Source: Podarcis liolepis (lineage: Eukaryota). Taken from it: a DNA stretch of 64,000 bases. Positions 1-11,645 of the stretch are shown here, piece after piece. Each line of letters opens with the position of its first letter. The first letter of the stretch is position 1. The position numbers were made by a program, and so were the translations under genes. The notes beneath the pieces are model-generated. The model was not told the DNA's origin, searched no databases, and was given only the letters and a program-made list of their open reading frames with translations. The stretch lies in NCBI GenBank assembly GCA_965112155.1, contig OZ218099.1; one strand, 5' to 3'.

Positions 1-121
1 AATATAAGCTGATTCGGAGTATGTTATTAAATTGCTGCTTTAAAAAAATCTGTTTTGAAAAGGTTTCTGGGTAGTTCTTAGTAGCATTCTCTTTAAACTG
101 GTATTTGTGTTTTACTTGCAG

Positions 122-203
122 GATCGCACGAGAACTTTTGACATGCATTCACTGGAGAACTCGCTAATTGACATAATGAGAGCTGAAAGTGATTCACTGA
201 AAG
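122..203 (+). CDS. CPEB4: CPEB4 coding exon 2 (82 nt), DRTRTFDMHSLENSLIDIMRAESDSLK-G
   Basis: Acceptor tttacttgcag|GAT, donor AAAG|gtaaac. Translation matches recalled human CPEB4 DRPRTFDMHSLESSLIDIMRAENDTIKG. Ends in phase 1, compatible with downstream exons. Confidence 0.95.
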
Positions 204-1531
204 GTAAACTTGGATTACTCTTTTCCTGCAATAAATAATTAGGCTGACATACTTGCACAAAGTATGAAGTTCAAGTATTTATAGAATAGCTAAAGCAGTT
301 ACTTCCCCCTCCTATTTGTTAGTTTCTCCAGACTCTGGACCTCCTTTTTCTTTTGCTTCAAGTGGAAGCCGTCAGTAAAACATTTGTGTGTGCTTAATGG
401 CCTTGGCATAATACCACTTAAAAACACAGGCCATGTTTTCCAGCATTGCTTTCTGAAGTGGCTTCAGATTAGTAACACTTTTAAAATGTGATTTAAAATT
501 GAAGCCTTATCTGAAGATATGTAAAATGCACCTACCCTGTTTGCCTATTTTCCTCAGTATGATATTTTACAGTCTTGGGCAATCCTGTTATACCATAGAT
601 ATAATGTACAAGAGTCCTTTGAATATTAGGGGTTTTGTTGGAGTACAAGGTAACCAACTGACCTAGCCCTAGAGCTGTGTATGTACTGTCTGTCTGGTAA
701 ACTGGTAGAAAATGTGAGCTAAGCATATAAGTTACAGAAGTGATTAATTTTGGTTTGGATGAAGATGCCACTCAGTGTTGTTTCATTGTGGTTCCTCTAT
801 ATTGTAATACACCTACAGAACAAGATGGTGCAGAATTTGCCCCTGAACTGAAGTTTAAGGTCCATTTAACTTGGGACAGGCCAAATGCACTGGTTCCACT
901 CCATAATTAACTTCTTTTCAATGACTCTTGGAATTATGGGAAAGGTCGTTCCCATGTTCCATCTCTGCTCCTAGGCCTGGTGATATGGGTAGCCTCTTTG
1001 ACTGTGGTAACTATATTTCCCATTATATGGATTGGCTCAAGCGTTCCTAGGAACAACCAGTCCCAAGAGCAGGCTGAGGCCTCAACAATGGTAATTAGTA
1101 ATTAGGGATATAGAAGTGGCCTGACTCCCCAGTGTTCAGACTTGGAGCTGATTTGAAATCTTTTAAACTCTGGCATATGTGATGACAAAATTATCTGTTG
1201 TCATTGAGCATTTTGTGTTCCTGCAGACTCCAGTTAATCTGTGCATTATGCAGAATGGATGATACTCCTAGTCCAAATTCACTGCTGAAATCTTGTAAAT
1301 TCTGACAATGACACTTTGACATTGAAAACTTTGTCAGAAACATCTTAGTGGGTACACATACTACCTACTCGGGATGTAGAGAATAAATTAATAAATGTCT
1401 GCTGTCTGACAAAATGAACAATGCTTCTATCAGCTGAAAATGGTACAGCTTGAGGAATTGATGAAGTCACATAAATAACCATTCTTCTGTTCTGAAAATG
1501 GTTTGAATCAAAACATACCTGAAATATATTA

Positions 1532-1845
1532 CAGTGGTACCTCGCAAGACGAATGCCTCGCAAGACGAAAAACGCGCAAGACAAAAGAGTTTTCCGTTTT
1601 TTGAGTCGTTCCGCAAGACGAATTTCCCTATGGGCTTGCTTCGCAAGACGAAACGTCTTGCGAGTTCTTGCGAGTTTGTTTCCTTTTTCTTAAAGCCGCT
1701 AAGCCGTTAATAGCCGCTAAGCCGTTAATAGCCGCTAAGCTGCTAATAGCCGCTAAGCCGCTAATAGCCGTGCTTTGCAAGACGAAAAACCGCAAGACAA
1801 AGAGACTCGCGGAACGGATTAATTTCGTCTTGCGAGGTACCACTG
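1532..1845. mobile_element. Tc1/mariner-superfamily MITE
   Basis: TA|CAGTGGTACCTCGCAAGACGAA ... TTCGTCTTGCGAGGTACCACTG|TA (22-bp TIR, TA TSD); internal GCAAGAC(G/A)AA repeats and an 18-bp tandem (aagccgttaatagccgct). Confidence 0.9.
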
Positions 1846-2719
1846 TAATGTACAGCCTCCTAGAAGCAGCATGCTAAGCAATACATTTGTCTTGTTTAGG
1901 GTCAGTGCTTAAGCAATAATCTTAACTTACATGTCTTGGGGTTTTATGTGTCAGACTCCCTTATTTATTTACTTTGTCCAAGGCTTTTGCTCTAGTTCAT
2001 CACTGGCCTTGGCATGGCTAGAGCAGATTTACGGCCTTCCTGGAAAGTAAATTTCTTCTATTGTCTAGGTTCCTGGTAGTAATGGAATTAACTTACCCTT
2101 TAATAGTTCTTCTTGTCACAAAGAATCCCAAAATGCTTGACACAGTGGCTACCCAGAGTTGCTTCTACCCACTTCTGGGGTGAAAGCAGTAGCCACCACT
2201 GTCACCAAACCTAAATAGCTATTCAGGGTGGAGAATAAATTATCCAGGTGAAACATATGGGGGACCTGAGCAGCAGGTATGATCTTTCCTCAAAGAGAAG
2301 AGAGCCAAATCCAGTTTCGGTTAGCTTCCTGCGCCATGGCCTTAAACTATGTGAAATGGAATCTTAATATATAACCATGTTGCCTCATGTGCAAGTACAA
2401 AAATGTCCTATCTTTGTAATTAACTACCTTGCAGGCTTATACTGATATCAAGTATATAACTTACATTATGCTGGGTGGAACCAGCTTATAGAAAACGCAA
2501 TTTAGCAAGTGGTGTGGTGTAACTAGGCAACTCCCATGCCTTGAACAGTAGCAACGAACATGCATTATGGTTTGATTTCAGTTACATAATACTGTTGTTG
2601 GGTTTCAGGGCCTTTCCAAGGACTGTATCTTCTGTACCTTGCTTCTTGGGAGGAGTACCTCTGAATGTGGTTCAGATAACTTTCACTTCCTCATTTGAGT
2701 ATCCACAACTGGCTAATGG

Positions 2720-3565
2720 CCTGGTTTGCAAATAACACTAAGCCAAACCATGGTTAAACATGAATGTGTGAGCCTGTGACTACTTATATCAAAAATTGCA
2801 GCTGCTTCATACCTCCTCTGGTCCTCCTGCTTCCAGGGGCAGCCCAAAGCATTTTGGTGATTGAGACTAAATGCCCTGCTGCCGCCCCCACATTTGGGGT
2901 GTGTATGCATGAGGCTCTGTAGGGGCTTTTTCTCTTTCCACTCCACTGGTGGTGGTGGTGGTGGGATGTAGGAAGGGATTTCCCCCTTGCTGAGACTCCC
3001 TGCCCTGCAGAGAACTTTCCTGCGGGCCTCCTTCTGCCCCCAGGGGCAGAGAGAGACCAGCAGCAAAGCAGAGTGGTGGAACTCCCCACTCTCTCCAAAA
3101 CTAGGCGAGAGTGGGGTGTTCCAGTGGTAGCAGAAGCAGTGGGGCAGGCTGGGTGCTGCCTCTTGCATTTCTGCCACCTGAGGCAGCTGCTTCACCCTCC
3201 CTCATTTGGGTGCCTGCTTTGCCTGCTGCCACACTGCCTGGAGCTTAACCATGGTTTGGCTTAGAATTACATCTGAACCTGTGCTTGTGATTTGTCTTGC
3301 TCCAGACAAACCATAAGCTGTAGCTAATGGTATGTTTGGGTGCGGGGGGTGGGGTGGGACTTACAGCTCATGGTTTGTCTGGGGAACGCAAACCACCATG
3401 AGCCTTGATTTGGATGTGATGCCATGCCAGACCATGGCTTTGCTCCAGGAAGCATGGCAGAAGGATGACCAGAGGAGTGAAGATGCTGCCATCTTTGCTG
3501 TGAATACATATATGCTTACACATTCCTCTTTAGCCATGGGTTGGCTTAGCATTACATGCAAACTG
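2720..3565. mobile_element. Degenerate old element(s) with long inverted arms (aaccatggtt family)
   Basis: 2720-2850 is an imperfect reverse complement of ~3437-3565; a third partial arm lies near 3245-3277. Confidence 0.55.
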
Positions 3566-5127
3566 TGTCAATGTCTTACTTAACTGAATCTGTGGTCACC
3601 TTGTCATAGCAATCAGAACTGCTTGGTCTGTGAAATATTCTGTGTACTTTTAGGTGCTTCATCCTGATAAGAACTGCAGAAAAGGGACATGGTTTCCTTT
3701 CATAAATAAGTAATCTAGGTTAATTGGCCTCCAAATAGACATAATCTAAAATAGAATTGCTTTCAAGGTTCTTAACATTCCATGCATGCATTTTAGCTAT
3801 TTAATGTAAAATATTTATTATAGTTCAGTTGTGCTATTTTGTCATTGCACGCTTTTAAGAGGCTATTTACTGTAACTCTTCATAGGTTTTTTTTTTTAAT
3901 AAGCATCCCAAAAAGATGTAAGATGTGACTCTGTAAAGCTATTCATCAACTCATTACTGGGTAAGCGGGGATATAAATATTTCTGTATACTACAAGTTAT
4001 TTTTCAAGGTGGCATTTCCTTTCAAATGTGAGATAATTGGCAGAAGCCTTTGTTGCTTGTGAAGTTTTAAAAATAGGCTCACACTATAACTCTAGAAAAC
4101 ATTTTGAATCCCATGAAATTGGATTGGCACACTGGATAATGGTAGCACAGATAGCTCAATTAATATCTGACTGAGTGCTTGGCTGCATGTTACATTCATC
4201 ACATAAGAAGTAATCATGCATAATGTCAGACTTTGACCACTGAAAAATTTGAAGTACCCCTTGAAACAAGCAAAGACAGCTAGAGTTGATTGTAGGCAGG
4301 CTGGAGACATGATAATCGTTCTTTTCCTCAGTGGCTATTGCCTTAAGGTCAGGGATAGAGAATCCCAGGCCCTAATAGTGGACTGTGGGACTCTCCCAAG
4401 CCACAGCCCCTCTTTGGGTGATTCTGGTTAGCAGGAATATGTCATTGAACTGTGATCATGCCTCTTCCTGGTTGACTGGAATGTAGAAGCCTCTGACTTT
4501 TGTGTGGCTGGAAAGCAGCCCACCGTACTCAGGTCACATCCATTGTTCTTCCCAACATTGCCTCTGGATCCAAGCACCACTGACTTGTTGGCACTGAAAG
4601 CCTGTAAACGTTGAGAGGGAAATGGTTACTAACGAACTAGCAACTAAAGAAGAACTTTTTAAAAAAATCTTTAATGTATTTTTGTCACATATACTACCCA
4701 ATTAATCATGTCCCTTAGGCAGTTCACAGATTTCAGATAAATAAAATATGAATACAGTCAACCAAATCAATTAATATAAAAGTTGCACCAGGAGAAAAAT
4801 TAGCATAAAACCATATAATAACATGGAATAAATGGTTGGTGGATGAATTAAGATGGCCAGTAATTCCTGGGAATGGGCCACAGACTTGTGAGCTGCCTTC
4901 TCTCTCGTGAGAATTCTCCCTTTTCCTGCCCCCATCATTATGGTTAATAACTACATCGGCACTGACCTTAACACTGTTTCATGTTAACCAAGGTTCCCAT
5001 TGTGCCTAGGGTTTGCAGAATTGCTTCAAAATCTTGATTGTGGTAGAAACACTGGTTAGGTTGATGCAATTTAATACCTAGCCATGATAATAGGTTATGA
5101 GAAAGGGTTGGAGAAAATACTGTATGA

Positions 5128-5234
5128 CAGGGATGGAGAACTGCTAACCCTCCAGATGTCAGCCCCACCCATGGTTGGGATGATCGGAGTTGTAATCCAA
5201 CAACCACTTGGAGGCTGCCAATTTCTCATCCCTG
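5128..5234. mobile_element. hAT-type MITE
   Basis: CAGGGATGGAGAA...TTCTCATCCCTG termini with perfect 8-bp TSD ctgtatga (5120-5127 and 5235-5242). Confidence 0.8.
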
Positions 5235-5650
5235 CTGTATGAAATGTAGATCTTGGAAAAGAGTGTGTGATTCTGTGACCTGTTCAAATCTCTTGGCTAA
5301 GATTAGAAATCAGGATTGTTACCCAAAGTTCTCGTGAGCTCTCATACATACACTCCTGTTCTCTCAAATGTGTTTGCCTAGCAAGAAGAGACAGTAGCCT
5401 ATGTTCAGTTTTTAAAATGCATACCCAATTGAATAATTAAAAGCTGAAGGAAACAAAACATGTATGTAGGAAACCGTGGTGTTGGTTCACCTTGGGGTAA
5501 GTCACTATTAAGAGATAGCTGCAAAAGGGTATGTTTTTCTGGTTATCGTTGGTGAATTTTGAAGAGCAATGAAACTGCTCCCCTCTTAATTTTTTTGAGA
5601 CATTGTTAGCACAATAACCCCAGAAGACTGCAGACTTTTTTTGTCTGTAT

Positions 5651-5832
5651 GGGGAAGTACCATAGCTCTGAGGTCGAGAATGTTTTGTGTGTAGAAGGTC
5701 CAGATTCAATTCATAGCAGGTAGGGAGTACTCCCTGTCTCTTAAACCCTGGAGAGCTGCTGCCAGTTGGTCTAGACAGCACTGAGTTAGATGAATCAATG
5801 GTCTGATTTGGTATAGGGCAGCTTCCTGTATG
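5651..5832 (+). mobile_element. Degenerate tRNA-derived SINE with CR1-like tail (Squam3-like)
   Basis: Head with A-box/B-box-like remnants (catagctc..., gattcaattc); body ccctggagagctgctgccagt; tail ggcagcttcct. Confidence 0.5.
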
Positions 5833-6379
5833 TAGAGGGGATTTTTGTTTGGGGGGTAAATGTGTATCAATAGCCTCCTAAAGAAGCATATTTGCTTGGT
5901 TTTTCTTCCTGGAATTTTTTTTTTTTTTTAAGTTCTGCACTTTTGTATTTTAGCAGAGACAGTGAGTTATACTACCCAAACAATTGTCCTCTAAACTATT
6001 GTCAAATGTTAGGGAACTTTGTTTTTGTTGACCACGTTCCTGAATCCTCTGTTATTCGCCTGCCTTGAGCAGCTGTCATTTTCAGTATGATATTTATATC
6101 CACAAGAGTGTCTGCAGAAGTCTTTCTCTAGAGTCTTAATTGCATTTCCTTTATGAGAGATTTGACTTTCATGGACTGAACTTGACACAGAGAGACATGC
6201 TTCTCCTACTCCTCACTACAGCTATTTGAGATGGCAATTTGATCATTGTCATGCTAATAATGAATCAGACTATATGCTTTCTTCCCTATAATAAAATATA
6301 GTGCATAGTCTCAAATGCTCATCAGTTGCCTGGAAGTAGGGCAGGAAGAAGCTGATTAACTGAAGGAGAATAGTGGTAT

Positions 6380-7260
6380 CATAAAAACATAAGAAGAGCC
6401 CTGCTGGATCAGATCAAGCCTTCATTTAGTTTAGCATCCTGTTTTCCAGAGTGCTGAACCAGATGCCTCCAGCAAGTCATCAAACAAGGCGTGGATGCAA
6501 TAGGCCTCCCATGTGTCCATCCCTCTTAATGGGTATTCAGTGGAATATTGTTTACGAAAATGGATCTTCCACTTAGCTACCCTGGCTGATAGCTACTGAT
6601 AGATCTATATTGAATGATTTTTACAAAATCCTCATTTAAAGTAATCTAAAGCTAGTGTTGGTAACCACATCTTGTGGTACTGAATCCATCAGTTATGCAT
6701 TGTGTAAAGATGTGCTTTATCTTGTCTGTCCTGAATCTATTGCCAATCAGTTTCATTGGGTGACTCCCAATTTCTAGCATTATGAGAGTGGGAGGACACA
6801 TTTTCTCTATACACCTTCTTCATGCCGTAGACTCATTGAATTGTAGAGTAGGGAAGGAACCACAAGTGTCATCTAGTGCAACACCCTGCAATGCAGGAAT
6901 CTTTTGCCAAACATGGGGCTTGATTCCATGACCCAGAGATTAAAGGTCTAATGTTTATAAGCCTGTTTCAAAAAAACAAAACAAAAACCCTTTAGAAGTT
7001 ATTAAACTGAAAAGTCCCAAGTGTGTTTGTCATTCCTTGTAGGGAAAGTGCCCTAACCCACTTGATCACTTTGGTTGCCCATTTTGCATTGAATCCATTT
7101 CTGTACTATGGGGTACTATGGATTTCAAATCCAGCCAAACCAGAGATTTTATAGAATGACATTATGATACTGATAGTCTTCTTGTCAATGCTTTGCCTGG
7201 AATTTTCCTCTTTTTTAACACTACACACTGAGTTAATGTTTTTGTCGAGCTATCCATAAT
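6380..7260 (-). mobile_element. CR1 LINE 3' fragment with a small nested insertion (~6830-6950)
   Basis: cataagaagagccctgctggatcaga... is the typical reverse complement of a reptile CR1 3' end, followed by degenerate antisense ORF2 sequence. Confidence 0.5.
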
Positions 7261-9948
7261 AATCTGTTTTTTATCTATCATAACCCTATTTTTTTGATTA
7301 AACTCTTTTAAATATTGTACTGTATTTTATATTGTTGTACCCTGCCCTGAGACCTTAGGGTGACGTATGAGTAATAAATCAAACTATTAACATTAATAAT
7401 GAATAATAATAACCCCACAATCTTTCCAAGTTACTAACCATCAGTTGATTAATATACCTGTGAATTTGGGATTAAGTATTCAGCTCTGCTAAGCTTTCAC
7501 ACTGTTGTGTGAGGCTAGTTAAAAGCAACCAAAGCAAAGTCATTAAGTGCTCTTAAAATGGCAAAATACTTTGGTTAATGATGTTGAGGAAGAATAAAAA
7601 ATTACCCCCCTTTTAGATGAAGTCATTCTCTCTCTCTCTATATATAAATAATTATTGGTTTTCCTGTTCCATTCTTAAAATCTATGAAGATAAAGAGGTG
7701 ATAGTATTAATGAGAGTAGATTAGGTTATTGTAGGAGGTACATTAAATGTATCAAGTCCAGCTGGTTGCATCATATTAAACTGCTAAGACAACTACTGTA
7801 CAGTGTTTTTATGTACTTTGATCATTGAGGATAAGATTTCTATAACACCTTACTTTTCTCTTCCAGTATTAAAATAAAATGGTGCCACTTACAACTAGAA
7901 TGTTGAAGTAATGGCAAACTATGGGAAGGCCCCAGTATAATATGTTAAATAATAGTGGAAGCTTTCTTGAAGCAGCAAGCAAAATCTATAAATAGGAGGA
8001 TGCAGAAACATTCTGCTTGTGTTTTCTTAGCCCACCTCTTATACGCATGAAAAAGAAATTTTGGTGACAAGAAGACTGTGTCACAAAGAAGTTCAGAGCT
8101 TCAACGTGCCATTTGTCTTCTTAGTCTGTCTTTTTCAAGTTGCAAAATGCTGACTCAAAAGCTAGTTGGGTGACATTAAGTGCTGTGTGCAGCAAGCTAC
8201 AGCACATTACTTTCTGCATTAATTAGAGAGGCTGTTGCATGTATTGCAACACAGCTGCCTTGTAATAATTTTGTAATATGAAGAAATTCTAGATTTTTAT
8301 GCAAACCCCGTGGTTTTCTAATGTATGGAACATTGCTTTATCTGAATGTTGATAGAGTGTAGTCTGTGGCAAAACCAAACTGAACAGTTTTGATGCAGCC
8401 TAGTCTCCATTTTTATATTATCTAAATTGGGAGCACCGTATAAGTACTCCTCCCATGACTCACTCCTAGATGTGGTTGGTTTATATAGACTCAGCTTAAA
8501 GACTTGGTTATATGTAACTGCACCTCTGTTTTTATACTCAATCTGCTCCATGTATGGTTTCATTATTGCTTGTATGGTTATGCGTTAGTTTGCCCATATG
8601 TTTTTGATAAATCAATACAAATTTTCAAAAGGAAAAAAACCCTATTTAGATAGAGTAAGAGGAGTGAAGTAAAGGAATGATTTAAACTCTCCCTTCATTT
8701 ATTTCTGTGATGGGCCCATTATTTTTTCTGTAGATTTGCTGATTTTTCTGAAGTGCCTATTATGCTTGGAACACTTTCTGTGTGAAGGTTTTGTGGTTTG
8801 AGGACTTCTCTTGAGGTTGCAGTCACATGTATCCATTTGCAGTAAAACGGCAACCACTGACTTGTTGAACATCTTTTGACGGAGCTTTCAGAAAGCCACA
8901 GCCACTAGTGTGTAAGATCAAAGGCAAATGAGTGACTTATTCAGTATTTTGGACAACTAATAAACAGCTCACTGAAACTATGCTTAAAATAAAGCCTTAT
9001 TCAAGGAAGTTATTCTAAAGTAAGCTGCCTCCTTCAAATAAGACATAATGCTAACTAATCACTATTTGAGCTTGTTTTTAGAGAGATGAGTAGAGCCAAG
9101 TGACCCCTTGGCTTGAAGAGGCTGTAAACCTCCCAGTGGCTTGCTTAAGGTGGTAATGCCTAATAAGAAGCCAAGTTTTTAAAGTTCAAAACATAACCCA
9201 ACTGGTTACCAGCTTTGTACATTCTCAGGAGATAGGGGAGTGTCAAAATCTTTATATTGGTGCTTTCTCCCCCTTCATTGATACTTGAAGGATCTGTATG
9301 GAACTCGAGCCCTCTTAAGGCATATTTTATACTAGTTAAGTAAACATGCGGGGGGGGGGGCATGGAAGCAGGCATAGTAATTCCACCACCACCAAACCTG
9401 CCATTCTTCTGATTTCCCTACACAAATTGGAAAATCAGGGTTTTAAAATGTGTGGGAGCCTCAGTGAGGGCAGGAGATTTCCAGCTTCAGAAGACTGCCT
9501 CCAACCCAGAAGAACTGGTGGGGATGGGGACATGTGCTTGTCCCCATGGCCCCCTCTTGTATGTTTACTTAACATGTATAGAGAACACCTGAAGAAGGTG
9601 TCCTCTGTCATTGTTGTTCATTTTCATCCGTTTCAGTAGTAGGTGGTTCTCTTGGAAAGCAAAGAGAAAGTGGGGCACTTGCGTAAAAATGCATGTAGGA
9701 GGTGCTTGTGTGGTATGGGATAAGATGAGTGCTGGACTTTCAGCAGAACAAGCTTCTGCAAAGTATGAGTAGAGAAACAAGAAAATGACTCTGGCAATAA
9801 CAGAACTGTAAATATGTTAAATGTAGAAGGTGGGGTGGGGTGGACTGGGAAGGGAGGGGAGCCTAGAACATGTGTTTGATGGGGTTAACTTTCAAAAGAT
9901 TTAAGAGAATGAAAAAAATCATCTGATTGGGAAGTTGATACTTTTGAT

Positions 9949-10077
9949 CAGGCATAGGCAAACTCTAGATGTTAAGGGACTACAACTCCCATCATCCCTG
10001 ACCACTGGTCCTGTTAGCTAGGGGTGATGGGAGTTGTAGTCCCAAAACATCTGGAGTGCCGAGTTTGCCTATGCCTG
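9949..10077. mobile_element. hAT-type MITE (hairpin-like)
   Basis: 16-bp TIR CAGGCATAGGCAAACT / AGTTTGCCTATGCCTG; perfect 8-bp TSD cttttgat; internal inverted gggactacaactcccatca / tgatgggagttgtagtccc. Confidence 0.9.
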
Positions 10078-11452
10078 CTTTTGATTCTAGCTGTTGGAAA
10101 GTAGAGGTGTAACATTTCTGGAATTTTTGAAGCCATTTAGCCTGCCTTCTAGGGGGAAAGAGAAATATATGCAATATGTTCTTTTCATACCTAAACTTAG
10201 ATTGCCACCTTGAGATCGTGACATGTATTGTGCGTAATTTAGCAAATAATACTACATTGTTTGCTATGAATGTCTTTAAAGTTTTATTCAAACAACAATT
10301 GTATACTGCAGTCAGTGCTTAAGAGGGACCTGCAAGTTGCTGGACCTAAAAGTGAAAAAAATGTATTTTGGATTTTGCTAGCTGGCAAAATAATAATAAA
10401 ATAAAAATTGACAATGGGACTGCTTGGCACTGTAGTAAACAAAAGGGAGGCTTTATTATCTGGACTTAGTGAGGGTGGCTTGTATCCAGAGAACTCTGCG
10501 ATTAGCTTTGCATACCAAGGAAGCTTTGGAATTGTTTTTCTCAAATAGCAGTTCCCCTTTCTCATTTATGGCAAACCTCTTTTGAACCAGAAGAATTTTA
10601 TAAGCCGTCTGTGCTATGGAGTGCAGTTTCCAACTTTAAAGGAAAAGGGCCTAAGATCCCCCACCCTTGAGGTTGCAGAAGGCTGGTCTGAGGCAAAGTG
10701 CTCATTCAGCCCTTTCAATGAATCCTATGTCTTCAAGGTGAGGCATCACTTTTAACTCTTAAGGTAGCATTTATGAAATGGCAGTTGGCTTTTATAATGC
10801 ATTTGCTACCTGACAGTAGCATACCCCTCAGTATTTTGGACAACTTCTTAACGAATGTTGCTATTGAATTGTCATTTGGCTCCAATCTACTTTGCGGGAG
10901 TTCAGTTAAATGTGCCTTACCTAGAGACCTCTGCATGAGAGGACATTGGAGGTGCTCTCCTTCACTTCAGTGAAACCAACAAATGTGAGCCTCATTTTTG
11001 AAAAATGACACATCAAAAGAATGAATAGACCCAAAATAGCAGCAAAAATCCGCCAAGGTCATTGAGCAATAACCACAGTACAATAGCTTGTGAAGAAAGA
11101 AACTGCTTCTATGATGAAACCTACTTTTCCCTTCTGGTGTCTGAAGAATTTCAAAGTCTGTGCCAGAGGATGCCACTGTCACAAAGAAGAGAATTGACTG
11201 TGTAACAAACTTCATTTTGAAGTCATTAGAAATGACATAGTTAATAGATCCTTTTCTCTTAGTGTCTCTTTTTCAAAATTAATTTCTTTTATGTTTTCAT
11301 GCTGGTCTGATTTACCTTTTTGGATAGTATGAAAACTAACTGAAATAAATGCACTGATTGTGTTTCTGGTTCTGGTTTCCTTATTTGGCTTGATGTCCAT
11401 GTGGTGGTTGCAAACTCTAGACTGCTCCTTTCTTATAAAACAACTTACAAAG

Positions 11453-11645
11453 AAACATAGGAGGCCAACTTGTACTGAGTCAGACACTGATCCACCTAGC
11501 TCAGTATTGCCTAGACTAACTGGCAGAAGCTTTCCATGGTTTCAGGCATAGAGCATTCACAGCTGTACCTGGAGATGCTGAGGATAAAGCCTGAGACCTT
11601 TTGCATGCAAGGCAGATACTTTATCAGTTAGCCATTTCACTTCCC
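11453..11645 (-). mobile_element. Degenerate Squam3-like SINE, antisense copy
   Basis: Reverse-complement similarity to 5651-5832 (catagga...actgagtcagac...cctagctcagtattg...ctggcag). Confidence 0.5.

Noticed and set aside
1668-1877. ORF with repeated AAKPLI
   Set aside because: Translation of the 18-bp tandem repeat inside a MITE.
2227-2276. Possible exon-3 equivalent GWRINYPGE... with donor CAG|gtatga
   Set aside because: 50 nt (not frame-preserving), no polypyrimidine tract, similarity limited to NY/YPG.
5986-6003. gtcctctaaactatt resembling the start of mammalian exon 3
   Set aside because: No AG acceptor before it and similarity stops after ~15 nt.
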